IMG/VR virus record: IMGVR_UViG_3300021256_000064
Coordinates: 64,001 to 128,000 of that record
Length of the DNA: 64,000 nucleotides
Source of the DNA: a virus
Reading direction: 5' to 3' (one strand)
Under the pieces are notes generated by a model that worked only from the letters and a program-made list of their open reading frames with translations, did no database searches and was not told where the DNA came from. A program made the translations under genes and the position numbers. This document shows, in pieces, positions 19,032 to 29,178 of the stretch (positions are counted from its first letter, which is position 1; the number at the start of each line of letters is the position of its first letter).

Positions 19032-19424
19032 TTACTTTTTTGGCGGTCTTTTCTTGACTAAATCCAGTTTATAGTGATTTTCACCGACAGAAAACTCAAT
19101 AATTTTTGATTTATTGGTGATTTCCGCATCAAAACCCTCATTTTTCAGACAATTTGCAAGGATTTCGATAATTTTCTCTTTTTCTACATCGGGTTTCCGC
19201 TCACGCTTGACAGACTTTCTAGGTTTGTCTGATTTAGCTTCACGATTTACCTTATTAGCTTTAGCTTTTGCGGTAAGGGCTTCCACTTCCTCATTTTCCA
19301 TATACCCCTCATCCTCAAGGTACATCTGAATGGCTTCTTCTTTTGACAGGTCAAGGAGTTTCATGCTTTTTTCAATTTCAGCATCGGGGATGTTGATAAC
19401 TTTACCATTAAAATCGTATCTCAT
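19032..19424 (-). CDS. basic, Lys-rich protein (130 aa), possibly nucleic-acid binding
   Basis: ORF track. Confidence 0.5.
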   Translation of the reverse strand: MRYDFNGKVINIPDAEIEKSMKLLDLSKEEAIQMYLEDEGYMENEEVEALTAKAKANKVNREAKSDKPRKSVKRERKPDVEKEKIIEILANCLKNEGFDAEITNKSKIIEFSVGENHYKLDLVKKRPPKK

Positions 19425-19535
19425 TTGTCTACCTCATTTCTTTCTTTTGATGATTTAATTATACCGCATCCCCATACTTTTGTCAAGCGTTTTTTAAAAA
19501 ATGGGGGAGATTTTTTTCTCCCCCAAAATTGGCAT

Positions 19536-19886
19536 TTACGCCATAGAGTAATAAGGGGTTTTCTTTACGTAAACCTTTACAAGCTTACCCTCTTTTACAA
19601 GGGCGGACAGCATGTGTGTCACACGCTGGTTTGTAAAGTTTGCAATAGAGGGGACACCGCCCTGAAGCTCGCGGATTGTCTTAGGCTGGTCTACCTCAAT
19701 CAGGTAGGCGACAATATCAGCCTTGCAACTGTCATTCTCAAGCTGAGTTGCGGTAGGCTTACGAGAAGCAGAACGCTTCTTGTCCAGAAGCTTAATCTCA
19801 TTATCAATGAAAGCCACCATATCAGCATTGTCAACAACTACTTCACGGATTGCTACGAACATCTCTCTCTTTGTCATACTAGACAC
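19536..19886 (-). CDS. 117-aa winged-helix-like paralog A
   Basis: about 55-60% identical to 21850..22206 and 24247..24603 (MSSMTKREMF...ITHLLSALVK..GK). Confidence 0.6.
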   Translation of the reverse strand: MSSMTKREMFVAIREVVVDNADMVAFIDNEIKLLDKKRSASRKPTATQLENDSCKADIVAYLIEVDQPKTIRELQGGVPSIANFTNQRVTHMLSALVKEGKLVKVYVKKTPYYSMA

Positions 19887-20071
19887 CTCTTTCTTTTGAA
19901 AAATTGTTATTTGTTGTTTTCTATGTTATTATTATAACAAAGGTTTTTTGTTTTGTCAAGAACTTTTTTATTTTTTTTGAACTTGTCAATCGAACGACCT
20001 AGGACTTGTTCTACCTTATCAAAAAATTTTTTAGTGGTTGACTTCTTTGACTTTCCTTACCTTATGTATTT

Positions 20072-20100
20072 ATTATAACATAGGTTTTTTTATTTGTCAA
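20072..20100 (-). promoter_or_regulatory. archetypal minus-strand early promoter (one of more than 35 copies)
   Basis: RC TTGACA-AATAAAAAAACCTATGT-TATAAT. Confidence 0.6.
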
Positions 20101-20246
20101 GAACTTTTTTTATTTTTTTCTTGACCGCCAAGGCTTTTTCCCTTACCTTGTATAGTAATTATATCAAAAAATTTTTAAAAAGTCAACAATGGAATAATGC
20201 ACTAATTTTGGGATTTTTGCGGATGAAATTTTGTTCAAATTGTCTA

Positions 20247-20378
20247 TTGACAAAAAGTGCTGAGGTGTGGTATAATGGAATTTCAGGCCTAGCCGGAGGC
20301 GTACGGCCCGCCGACTTTAGCGCACTGAAGTGCAAAAGTGTCAAGAGAAAAAATAAAATCCGCATAAGCGGATTTTAT
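20247..20378 (+). ncRNA. plus-strand unit 1: consensus promoter, GC-rich hairpin RNA, shared terminator
   Basis: TTGACA 20247-52, TGgTATAAT 20271-76, GC segment GGCCTAGCCGGAGGCGTACGGCCCGCCG, terminator AAAATCCGCATAAGCGGATTTT. Confidence 0.5.
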
Positions 20379-20385
20379 AAACTGG

Positions 20386-20563
20386 TTTACATAAAGATAA
20401 AATACACGATACAGATAAACGCCAGACGGAAGCAAGAAGTTTGTACAGCCTTACTAAAGAACGGCTCCCACTCGTCATTGTACCACTTAATGTGGCAATC
20501 CGCGATGTGACCAATGAACATAACAATTACAAAAATAATAAACATTGTCATTCTAGTTTCCAT
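20386..20563 (-). CDS. small membrane protein (about 58 aa)
   Basis: GGAGG RBS; hydrophobic. Confidence 0.4.
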
Positions 20564-20566
20564 TTT

Positions 20567-20794
20567 TTAATCCTCCATTACTTCAAAAATATCAAAATTG
20601 GCTACTTTCTCAAATTCTACTTCAACAGAAACTAAATCCAAAATTTCTTCAACTAAATTAGCTTCTCCTTTAGTAAGATTCAAAAATCTAGGTTCTGAAC
20701 AAGGCAAATACAATACATACAATTCTTTTTTCATTTTTTTAATCCTTTCTTCTTTTGATGATATTATTATATCAAAAGGGGACTGTTTTGTCAA
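20567..20794 (-). CDS. acidic small protein (75 aa)
   Basis: ORF track. Confidence 0.45.
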   Translation of the reverse strand: MTKQSPFDIIISSKEERIKKMKKELYVLYLPCSEPRFLNLTKGEANLVEEILDLVSVEVEFEKVANFDIFEVMED

Positions 20795-20812
20795 TCCCCT
20801 TTTTTAATTTTT

Positions 20813-21520
20813 TTACGCCACGCACATTTTAAAATCAGTCTGAGGGATACGCCAAGGCATAGCCAGAATAATTTTATCCATGTGCTTGTGACAAGCGAAA
20901 CATTTAGCAAAAATTTTAGTTTCAATCAGTGCATCCTCAAGGGCGGTGTGCGCTTCCTCAAAAGAAAAATCCCTATTGATGTAGCGGTGGGCAATTTCAG
21001 CGGATGTTTTCACATTCCCGGCATCACTAACCCATGATTCACGGATGGCAAGCTTAAAGAATGTTTTCTGCTTAAGAATTGTCTGACAGCTCATACCCCA
21101 TGAACACCAGATGACAGTCTTTTCATTGAAAAAAGTCTGCTTTTCGTCAAATTTGCTCAGATAGTTAAGGGTTGAATTTAAAGCCCTTGTATCAAAACCA
21201 GCGTTGTAGGCTACTACAGCCTTTACGTTGTATTCTCTCATAAGAGAAAAGATTTCTTTGCGGATTTCCCAAAAAGATTTTACAATCCACTTGCCTGTTT
21301 TAATACCCTCTTTATATGCGGGAATTTTTTCAGCATAGTAGGCGGTTCTCATCTTCTTCCATTCGCCATAAAAGATTTCTCTTACAACGTAGGAACGTGA
21401 TTCATATATATTGCCTTTCTTGTCATGAATGGTGAAACCAATGTCATATACGAGAGGATTACCAAGGTTACCGCAAGTTTCAGTGTCAAGTGTAAGGTAG
21501 TAGTTTTTACGTCTGTCCAT
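20813..21520 (-). CDS. DnaQ-like DEDDh 3'-5' exonuclease
   Basis: LDTETCG (Exo I), NAGFD (Exo II), HTALEDA (Exo III). Confidence 0.75.
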   Translation of the reverse strand: MDRRKNYYLTLDTETCGNLGNPLVYDIGFTIHDKKGNIYESRSYVVREIFYGEWKKMRTAYYAEKIPAYKEGIKTGKWIVKSFWEIRKEIFSLMREYNVKAVVAYNAGFDTRALNSTLNYLSKFDEKQTFFNEKTVIWCSWGMSCQTILKQKTFFKLAIRESWVSDAGNVKTSAEIAHRYINRDFSFEEAHTALEDALIETKIFAKCFACHKHMDKIILAMPWRIPQTDFKMCVA

Positions 21521-21732
21521 TGTTGTTTTCCTTTCCTTTATCTTATGTACTTATTATACATGATTACTTTTAGTTTGTCAAGAGTTTTTTTTTATTTTTT
21601 TTGATTGTTTTTGTGCTTTCCTCTTGACAATTATTATTATACATGAGGGGCGGTAGAAAGTCAATTAAAAGTTATAAAAAAGTTGCACAAATTACAGGAA
21701 AAAAATTTGTGCAACTTTTTTTCAAAAAATGC

Positions 21733-21832
21733 TTGACAAAAATACGCGGGGTGTGGTATAATGGATTTTGCGCGCCAACCCGGGCGTTGGCGCGCTGACA
21801 AAAAAAGACGCCCACTCAGTGGACGCCTTTTG
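21733..21832 (+). ncRNA. plus-strand unit 2: operator IR GTTGCACAAAT...ATTTGTGCAAC, promoter, 10-bp GC hairpin GCGCGCCAAC-CCGGGC-GTTGGCGCGC, terminator
   Basis: TTGACA 21733-38, TATAAT 21757-62; terminator GACGCCCACTCAGTGGACGCCTTTT. Confidence 0.55.
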
Positions 21833-21849
21833 TGTGAGTATTAGGAGCA

Positions 21850-22206
21850 TCACTCCGCCTTGAGAGCGAAGTGAGCAACTTTCTTGACGGTCGTACGCTC
21901 GACCTTGCCATCCTTAACCAGTGCGGACAGAAGATGTGTAATTCTCTGGTTGGTGAGGTCAGCGATAGATTCGCACACCTCACAGAGTTCCCTAATTGTG
22001 ACAGGCTTGTCAACAGTTGCGAGTGCGGAGAGAATATCAGCCTTGAAAGCCTCGTTCTCTACCTGTGTCTTAGTCGGCTTGCGGGTAGCACCGCTCTTAC
22101 GATTAAGAAGGTCGATTTCCTTGTCAATAAAAGCTACCATTTCAGCGTTATCAGCAACAACCTTACGAATTTCTGCGAACATTTCTTTCTTTGTCATACG
22201 AAGCAC
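21850..22206 (-). CDS. 117-aa winged-helix-like paralog B
   Basis: ORF track; paralog of 19536 and 24247. Confidence 0.6.
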   Translation of the reverse strand: MLRMTKKEMFAEIRKVVADNAEMVAFIDKEIDLLNRKSGATRKPTKTQVENEAFKADILSALATVDKPVTIRELCEVCESIADLTNQRITHLLSALVKDGKVERTTVKKVAHFALKAE

Positions 22207-22660
22207 CTCTTTCTTTTGTGTTTTTGTTTTTCTTATGTATTTATTATATTATATTTTTTTTATTTTGTCAATAGTTTTTTTAAGATTTTGAAAAGTTAAA
22301 GTTTCGCTTCCCAGAGCGAGTTGGACTTCAGCCCTGTATCCCACTCCACTTTGTACGATTTAGTCGACTTTACGTACTCGCCTTTATGGCTCATTTTGTG
22401 GGGCTTGCCCTTTCCTCATCTTGTATAATTATTATATCATATATTTAATTGTTTGTCAAGAAGAATTTTCAAAACTTTTTTTTGTTGGGGGAGTGGAGAA
22501 TGGAGCGTGCGCACGTAACTCTTTCTAACCTACTCTCAAGAACTATGTTTCTGTCATCTCCTGACATTGTGTATTATATCAAATACCCATAAGAATTACA
22601 ATAGTCAAAATACACAAAATTATGGGAAAATGTTTGTGCATTTTGCTGAGAAAGTTTTAC

Positions 22661-22755
22661 TTGACAAAAAATGCGGCGGTATGATATACTGGAATTTCGG
22701 CGCGAACCGGAGGCTCGCGCCCCGCCCAAAAGCAGGATTTAATAACCCTGCTCTT
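22661..22755 (+). ncRNA. plus-strand unit 3 (promoter TTGACA...TATACT, hairpin GGCGCGA-ACCGGAGGC-TCGCGCC)
   Basis: seen directly; terminator hairpin overlaps stop of 22739..23002. Confidence 0.45.
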
Positions 22756-23002
22756 CTGCTTCAAGATATTCCTCTTTTGAAATTTCTTCAACGTAAGCTT
22801 GAACATGCATTTCATATATTTCAATTTCATCCCAATTATCCATATCTTCGACAAACCGCTCATCAGGATAAGCAAAAGAGTATTCATCACAACAAATCTC
22901 GTCTGCTTCAGCCCAGGCTTCACTTTCAGATTCTGCTTGAATGTAAAAATGTTCATCACAACCACAATAGCCATTTGTGCAAGTTATTTTGTAATATTTC
23001 AT
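22739..23002 (-). CDS. highly acidic Cys-containing small protein (87 aa), DNA-mimic-like composition
   Basis: ORF track. Confidence 0.45.
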   Translation of the reverse strand: MKYYKITCTNGYCGCDEHFYIQAESESEAWAEADEICCDEYSFAYPDERFVEDMDNWDEIEIYEMHVQAYVEEISKEEYLEAEEQGY

Positions 23003-23143
23003 TTTAATACCTCACTTCCAACTAATGTAAAGTTTATAAAAACAAAACTCATGGTGATAATCACAATTTTCATTGTAATTATAACCCCAATAGGGGTCGT
23101 TCCAACGGTTCCAACCAATTTTAATTTTCATTTTTGTCTCCTT

Positions 23144-23371
23144 TCAATCTTCTTCTACAAGTTCCCCAAACAGCTCACATACTTCACGCCATTCACCATC
23201 ATTACTTGCAATAAATTCAAAGATTTCATCATCAGGTTCATCGGGGACGCCATCTCTAATCCAAATATCATAAACAAAGTCATCCCCCATATCAATGATG
23301 TAGTTATGCATACCTTTAAGAAGTTCAATTCTTCTTTCAATCTCACTCTGTTTCGTACTCTTAATTGTCAT
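23144..23371 (-). CDS. acidic small protein (75 aa)
   Basis: ORF track. Confidence 0.45.
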   Translation of the reverse strand: MTIKSTKQSEIERRIELLKGMHNYIIDMGDDFVYDIWIRDGVPDEPDDEIFEFIASNDGEWREVCELFGELVEED

Positions 23372-23608
23372 TTTTTTTATTTCCTTTCTTCTTTTGATGT
23401 TATTAGTATATCATAAGGAATTAGAGTTGTCAACCCCTTATTTTTTCATTTAGGCGGCTGTCGGGATGCGCTGCATCCTTTTTATCCGACATTTAATCAT
23501 CTTCGTCCGGTGACGCTCCGCAGATTTGCGGGTCTTCCGACTTGCATCCAGTGGAACCGCTTATGTTATTAGTATATCATAAGGGGTTGGAGTTGTCAAT
23601 CCCTTATT

Positions 23609-23800
23609 TTATCTTTCTCTAAAGAAATAATCAGTGAGTTCACTTTCATCTTTTTCGCTATAAGGACACATATAAGTTTCACGAGCTTCAGGTGGAAAAT
23701 ATTGAGGGTCATTGTGGTCTGCCCTAAGATAACAATATTTTTCAGGTGTCATTTCTACAACTTTTTCTACTCGCATTATATAAGAGATTTTAACTTTCAT
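23609..23800 (-). CDS. hypothetical protein (63 aa)
   Basis: ORF track. Confidence 0.4.
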   Translation of the reverse strand: MKVKISYIMRVEKVVEMTPEKYCYLRADHNDPQYFPPEARETYMCPYSEKDESELTDYFFRER

Positions 23801-24018
23801 TTGGTGTGTTCCTTTCTTTATCTTATGTATAAATTATAATAAATTTTAGGAAAAATGTCAAGTTGTAATTTTGCACAAAATACAAATCAAAAATTTGTAT
23901 AGTATCACATATTGACAAAACGCATCCCGCGGCGGTCCGTTGCGGGATGCCAAAAGGGGACTGCCTTCTACGACAGCCCCCACACCAAAAGAAAGGAAAA
24001 CAAATATTAGATTCTGAG

Positions 24019-24092
24019 TGAGGGTGAGGGGACTTGAACCCCCGACACCTAGATTAAAAGTCTAGTGCTCTAGCCAACTGAGCTACACCCTC
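24019..24092 (-). tRNA. tRNA-Lys(UUU) embedded in early region
   Basis: acceptor GAGGGTG/CACCCTC, D-arm GCTC-AGTTGGCTAGA-GCAC, anticodon stem CTAGA/TCTAG, loop CTTTTAA, T-loop TTCAAGT. Confidence 0.7.
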
Positions 24093-24246
24093 AAAATGGG
24101 CGGGCTTATATTGCAAGGCGCTCCGCCAGCCTTAGGACTATTCTACTTAGTTCGTTCTTTTAGGCAACTCGGCTTGAATTATCCCATATATAGAAAGCCT
24201 TTTCCTTTAATGCGGTTTTTAAGGATGACCGCAAACCCTTATGGAG

Positions 24247-24603
24247 TTAAGCGTAGGAGAAGTAAGCAACCTTCTTCACCTGTGTTCTGACTACTTTGCC
24301 ATCCTTAATGAGGGCTGTCAGAAGGTGTGTGATTCTCTGGTTCGTCAGCTCTGCAATAGAGGGGCAAACCGCACACAGTTCCTTGATTGTTACAGGCTTG
24401 TCAACCTCAATAAGAGAAGCAATAATGTCAGCCTTGAAGCCATCATTCTCAACCTGTGTCTTTGTGGGCTTGCGAGAAGCGGATTTCTTCTTATCCAGAA
24501 GCTTAATTTCGTTCTGGATGAAAGCTACCATGTCCTCATTCTCAGCTACTGCGGAAACCTTAAGCATTTCATTGTACATTTCTCTCTTCGTCATACTAGA
24601 CAC
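24247..24603 (-). CDS. 117-aa winged-helix-like paralog C
   Basis: ORF track. Confidence 0.6.
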   Translation of the reverse strand: MSSMTKREMYNEMLKVSAVAENEDMVAFIQNEIKLLDKKKSASRKPTKTQVENDGFKADIIASLIEVDKPVTIKELCAVCPSIAELTNQRITHLLTALIKDGKVVRTQVKKVAYFSYA

Positions 24604-24639
24604 CTCTTTCTTTTTTTATGTTTTGTTTTTTCTTTATCT

Positions 24640-25200
24640 TATGTATTTATTATAACTTATTTTTTTTATTTTGTCAAGAGTTTTTTTTATTTTTTTTATT
24701 TTGTTTTCGTGGGTTTGGCGCCTTATACCACGTGGCTGATAGCATTTTTGTTAGCCCCTTACATCCACCCTAACATGGGGCTTAAATCCTAACTCCCATA
24801 CACTTAATGTCCTTTTCTTTGCTTAACTTCTGTATTTATTATATCATATCTTTTTTAATTTGTCAATCACTTTTTTTATTTTTTTTCGGCGGGTCTCTCA
24901 TAAGATTGGCTCCTCTCCTGACTTTACTTACTTCCAACTTGAAAGTATGTCATCAACTTTTTTCGTATTTTTTAAAGTTTTTTCGGCGGGTCTCTCATAA
25001 GAATCAATCCTTTCTTTATCTTATGTATTTATTATACCATAAGATTTTTTATTTGTCAATAGTTTTTTTAAGATTTTTTGAAGTGACTTTCTTTTGTTCA
25101 GATAACCGATAGGCGCGAGGCTCTACCAATCACCCTACTTAATGTTGTTGTCCTTCCTTTATCTTGATATAATTATATCAAAAGTTTTTTAAAAAGTCAA
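24640..25200 (-). promoter_or_regulatory. four consecutive promoter modules without ORFs, separated by GC-richer filler; repeated motif CGGCGGGTCTCTCATAAGA (x2 here, x1 at 30331)
   Basis: TATTATA...TTGTCAA modules at about 24650-24700, 24835-24880, 25025-25070, 25160-25200. Confidence 0.45.
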
Positions 25201-25260
25201 CAACGGAATAATGCACTATTTTTGGGATATTTTTTTGTGCAACTTTTTTTCAAATTTCAC

Positions 25261-25364
25261 TTGACAAAATGTGCGGGACATGGTATAATGGTGATTTCGC
25301 GCCAGGCCGATGGCTGGCGCGCCGCTAATCTTTAAATAAAAAAAGAGGGTGTAAAACCCTCTTA
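25261..25364 (+). ncRNA. plus-strand unit 4 (hairpin GCGCCAG-GCCGATGG-CTGGCGC)
   Basis: TTGACA 25261-66, TGgTATAAT 25284-89. Confidence 0.5.
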
Positions 25365-25583
25365 ATTGCCCATTCTCAATTCTCGATTCAGTTCTCTTAC
25401 AATCCTTTTAGTCTCATCAAGACCGATTGTATTAATGGCTTCATTAATTTTGGAGAGGATTTCACGCTTACACTCATAACGTCTCTGCTCCTGTGCTTTC
25501 TTTTCTCTAATTTCCATTAAATATTTGTGGAGTGCTTCGCGTTCGTCTGCTGTAATAAGGTATCCCATGAATTCGTTTTTCAT
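25362..25583 (-). CDS. hypothetical protein (73 aa)
   Basis: ORF track. Confidence 0.45.
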   Translation of the reverse strand: MKNEFMGYLITADEREALHKYLMEIREKKAQEQRRYECKREILSKINEAINTIGLDETKRIVRELNRELRMGN

Positions 25584-25638
25584 TTTTTTATTTCCTTTCT
25601 TTTTGATGATTTAATTATACTACAGAAATTATTATCTG

Positions 25639-26094
25639 TCAAGACTTTTGTGTAAAAATAATTTCTGTACCAGTATAGAAAGAGCGAGTACTTATGACTT
25701 CTTTTTTAAACCCTTCTAATTCAAATTTATCATTGAGATATTCCTCAATTTTCCAATGGAATTTACTCCAAAAAAGGCGGTCTTTTATTTTTAAATATTT
25801 TTTTGCAAAACCTATAGTCCATCCTATCCCGTTGTCATAAAAGAAAAAGGTTTTATCATCAGGGTTCCAATCACTTATCTGAGGGATGTAATAAGTAAGA
25901 ATCTCATCGGCTCTTTTTTCATCCCAAGTTGTGCGCTCATAATTCCAATTTTTGATTCGGTCGCTAATTTCAACACAAATCCAAATAGGGAAGAGGATGA
26001 TTCTCATTACTTTATAATCATTTTTGTGCCACCAATCGCGGATGAGGTGCTTTTTCTGTTTATCTTCAATAGCTTTTAAGATTTCTTTATTCAT
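25639..26094 (-). CDS. hypothetical protein (151 aa)
   Basis: ORF track. Confidence 0.55.
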   Translation of the reverse strand: MNKEILKAIEDKQKKHLIRDWWHKNDYKVMRIILFPIWICVEISDRIKNWNYERTTWDEKRADEILTYYIPQISDWNPDDKTFFFYDNGIGWTIGFAKKYLKIKDRLFWSKFHWKIEEYLNDKFELEGFKKEVISTRSFYTGTEIIFTQKS

Positions 26095-26159
26095 TTTTTT
26101 ATTTCCTTTCTTTCTTTTGATATATTAATTATACTATGAAAAACTAAAATTGTCAATAG

Positions 26160-26399
26160 TTATTTTATTTTTTCAATAATTAACCAACCGCAATTAATAC
26201 GAGCTGAATCATTAACCCTTTCAATAATAGATGTTCCCCATCCATTAGCTTTTGAAAAAATCATTTGCTTTGCGGAGTCATAAGAGTTAAAAGCATGTGG
26301 ATATTCACCAAATTTAGTTGAAAGGTCATTCTCATCACAAAAGGCTATTACATATTGAGGGGTATTTATTTCTTTTTCTTTAGAAAATATAAAAAACAT
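26160..26399 (-). CDS. hypothetical protein (79 aa)
   Basis: ORF track. Confidence 0.45.
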   Translation of the reverse strand: MFFIFSKEKEINTPQYVIAFCDENDLSTKFGEYPHAFNSYDSAKQMIFSKANGWGTSIIERVNDSARINCGWLIIEKIK

Positions 26400-26465
26400 T
26401 ATTTAGCTCCTTTTCTTTTGATACACTAATTATACAGCATTCTTTTTGGAATGTCAAGGGGATTT

Positions 26466-26909
26466 TTACATCCCCTTGAGAATTTCAATAATTGAGTGGA
26501 CATCGAAAGCCTTGCCTGTCCAGTTTTCTCTGTTCTTAGATTCATCATCGAACAGAATATCATTAGTTGTGTTAGCGAACGTCTGTTTAGGAGTGCCATA
26601 AGGAACAATGTTAATTTCATCGAATTTTACACTTGCCAGATGCTTATTAAGCCATGCCATTTTAGCTTCCGTTACTTTTGTATCGTATGATGCGGTGGAT
26701 GTTTTAGAAAGCCAAGAGATAACGCCGATTCTGTAGCCCTGTTTCTGAAGTCTATTCAAAATGCGGGCAAGTGAATTGAGGTTGACAAGTGGCTTTGCAT
26801 TAGCGTACGGGAACGGGTCATATGCTCTAAGAAGGGGAAGCCAATTGGGGACACTGTAAAGGTCTGCGATTGTACCGTCCATATCAAAGTAGATTGTAGT
26901 AGCTGTCAT
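26466..26909 (-). CDS. HAD-superfamily phosphatase (5'-nucleotidase-like)
   Basis: FDMDGTIAD DxDGT motif near N-terminus; GAGGAG RBS. Confidence 0.65.
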   Translation of the reverse strand: MTATTIYFDMDGTIADLYSVPNWLPLLRAYDPFPYANAKPLVNLNSLARILNRLQKQGYRIGVISWLSKTSTASYDTKVTEAKMAWLNKHLASVKFDEINIVPYGTPKQTFANTTNDILFDDESKNRENWTGKAFDVHSIIEILKGM

Positions 26910-27036
26910 GTTTCTGTTCTCCTCTCTCTTGATGATACTATTATAGCATGGGGGCATTGGGGTGTCAACTATTTTCAATAAAAAAGTTGCACAAATTATG
27001 GGATAAAAATTTGTATTTTTTTGTGCAAAATTTCGC

Positions 27037-27134
27037 TTGACAAAATGGTGCGGCATGTGGTATAATGGTTGAACGGGCTGCGCCCGGCCGCCCCCGCGGC
27101 GACGAAAAAATAGAGGTAATTACCCCTATTTTTT
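27037..27134 (+). ncRNA. plus-strand unit 5
   Basis: TTGACA 27037-42, TATAAT 27061-66, GC tract GGGCTGCGCCCGGCCGCCCCCGCGGCG, terminator AGAGGTAATTACCCCT+T6. Confidence 0.5.
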
Positions 27135-27405
27135 AAATATGATAAAGTTTTCCGTCAAGGACGTAGATGACACCCTCAGAACCATCATACTCGTCAATCT
27201 CCCAATCAGTAGCTTCATCCGGAATATCTACAATAGCAAGTCGGGCACAATGACCATTTGCGGCTTTCCCTAAAGTGTTAACTACCTCGATTAGACGAGG
27301 GTCTGTTCGAGAGATTAGAGGATAACGAGTTTTAAACCCAAGCATCTGCAAAGCTTCATCTGAAAGACCAAAACCGCCAAAACAAGTATTAATGCAAATC
27401 TTCAT
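27133..27405 (-). CDS. hypothetical protein (90 aa)
   Basis: ORF track. Confidence 0.5.
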   Translation of the reverse strand: MKICINTCFGGFGLSDEALQMLGFKTRYPLISRTDPRLIEVVNTLGKAANGHCARLAIVDIPDEATDWEIDEYDGSEGVIYVLDGKLYHI

Positions 27406-27438
27406 TTTTTATTTCCTCTCTTTTCTTTATCTTATGTA

Positions 27439-27624
27439 TTAATTATAGCCTGCTTCTTTCATTTTGTCAAGCATTTTTTGAGAAGTTTTTAAATATTTAT
27501 ATTTTCTATTTTCTTCACACCAGGGGCAACCGCCATGATTTCTGCATCTTTTAGAAATTGCTTTTCCGCCAGAATAGGGGCGCCGATGTTCTTTTCCACT
27601 TGTGATTGATTTCATTAAAGACAT
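27439..27624 (-). CDS. small basic zinc-ribbon protein (61 aa)
   Basis: ORF track; CRNHGGCPWC. Confidence 0.45.
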   Translation of the reverse strand: MSLMKSITSGKEHRRPYSGGKAISKRCRNHGGCPWCEENRKYKYLKTSQKMLDKMKEAGYN

Positions 27625-28163
27625 TTTTATTTACCCCCTTTTTAATTTTCCTTAAGGTTTTTATAAAGTTCCGCCAGTTGCTCATACAGAACTCCAATTT
27701 CATAATCCAATTTAATTCTTTTTGCAAAACTCCGGCACTTATTATAAGCACGTCTTTTATCTTTAAGCTGTTTCTCTATCTCATCAATCTGAATTCTTGT
27801 CATTGTTTTAACTTCCTTTCTCTTGATGATATAATTATACTATAGGGGTTGAGATTTGTCAACCCCTATTTTAATTTTTTAATTCGGGAAGGCTTCCATC
27901 ATAGCCTTGTACTCATCAGGTGTCTTTGCCAGTCTATCAACAATACGCCACCAAAGATCCATTCGGTCAGAAATATTGGACTTATGACCAACCAGATATT
28001 CAAAATTTTCGATTGTTTTGTTGTAGATTGCGATTGCTTCTTCCATGTCTGTGTTCTCCTCTCTCTTGATGATACTAGTATAGCATAGCCTACATAAGAA
28101 GTCAAGTAAAATATTGCACAAATTTGGGAATTTTTTCAGCTAATTTTTTGTGCAAATTGCCAA

Positions 28164-28257
28164 TTGACAAAAGTTGGAAGGTATGCTATAATGGTTCGGC
28201 GGGCAGGCCCCGGCTGCCCGCGCGCCACTCAAAAAAGAGGGCTTAAGCCCCCTTTCT
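28164..28257 (+). ncRNA. plus-strand unit 6 (hairpin GCGGGCAG-GCCCCGG-CTGCCCGC)
   Basis: TTGACA 28164-69, TATAAT 28187-92, terminator AGAGGGCTTAAGCCCCCTTTCT. Confidence 0.5.
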
Positions 28258-28434
28258 GGCTCTCTCACGTCTCTTCTTTTCAGCTTTCAGTGCGTGCTCC
28301 CGCATCTGAAGCTTCACATTTTCTGGAGTTTCGTCTACAGGAAGCAGGTGAACCGCCTTAATACCCTCAGCCTTAGCAGTTGCAAAATTCTCAGTTACCT
28401 TACCGCCCTTTGTCTCGTATCTAACTGTTCTCAT
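28243..28434 (-). CDS. hypothetical basic protein (63 aa)
   Basis: ORF track. Confidence 0.45.
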   Translation of the reverse strand: MRTVRYETKGGKVTENFATAKAEGIKAVHLLPVDETPENVKLQMREHALKAEKKRRERARKGA

Positions 28435-28503
28435 TCTAATTTCTCCTTTTCTTTTGTTATCTTATATATAAATTATACTATTTTTCTTTTAAGTTGTCAA
28501 CAA

Positions 28504-28692
28504 TTATTTTTCATTTTCAAAAGGAACGTTTAAAGCTACAACCATAGCCAGTGTTACGATTTCATCAGAAACTGCTTTGTTTTCCGCCAGATTGCAAAAC
28601 CAAATTGTAGTTTCGTCCTCTAATCCTCTAAAAGTTGCGACCTTATTTTCCATTTCCATTCTAGACATAATTAATCCTCCATTTTGATCCAT
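28504..28692 (-). CDS. hypothetical protein (62 aa)
   Basis: ORF track. Confidence 0.4.
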   Translation of the reverse strand: MDQNGGLIMSRMEMENKVATFRGLEDETTIWFCNLAENKAVSDEIVTLAMVVALNVPFENEK

Positions 28693-28734
28693 ATATGAGG
28701 GGTTCGGTTCGTTTACCGAACCCCTAACCAGTTA

Positions 28735-28920
28735 TCAGATTCTAGCAAGAATCTTTGACATGATTTCATTGTGTGCGTTAAGAGCATCCATATACAGGCT
28801 ATCAGCTCTGCACCATGCTTCGAAGTTGTTTGCCCTTGTAGCTCTGACCAGTTCGGCATATGCACGATTAAGTTCTGTTCTAAGTTCCTGTTCCTTTGCT
28901 CTCATTTCTGTAAGTGTCAT
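28735..28920 (-). CDS. hypothetical protein (61 aa)
   Basis: ORF track; similar to 32146..32328 (MT..EMRAKE..L...AY.L..A). Confidence 0.45.
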   Translation of the reverse strand: MTLTEMRAKEQELRTELNRAYAELVRATRANNFEAWCRADSLYMDALNAHNEIMSKILARI

Positions 28921-29178
28921 TTTTGTTTTCCTCTCTTTCTTTATCTTATGTACTTATTATACATGATGTTTTTTATTTTGTCAAGGGGTTTTTTATTTTT
29001 TTTCAAGTTTCCAGATTGGATTTTTTGTTGTATCCCGTGTGCCGTCGGCATTGAAGAACCAAATTGCGCGATAATTATCCATTGAAATAATTACCATATT
29101 GCCAAACTCTTTTATTTGATAGCCACGGCTTCTATGAATACGAATGAATTTGTCTTTTGTCATTTTTTTGTTCTCCTT

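Noticed and set aside
21733-21762. The plus-strand promoter-like elements being minus-strand signals read backwards
   Set aside because: The reverse complement gives ATTATA...TGTCAA, which is not a promoter; orientation and the TGnTATAAT extended -10 are only consistent with plus-strand firing.
21768-21832. GC hairpins as phage-borne solitary CRISPR repeats (RNA anti-CRISPRs)
   Set aside because: The nine hairpins all differ in sequence; a repeat mimic would be expected as identical copies of a host repeat. Cannot exclude mimicry of several systems without host data.
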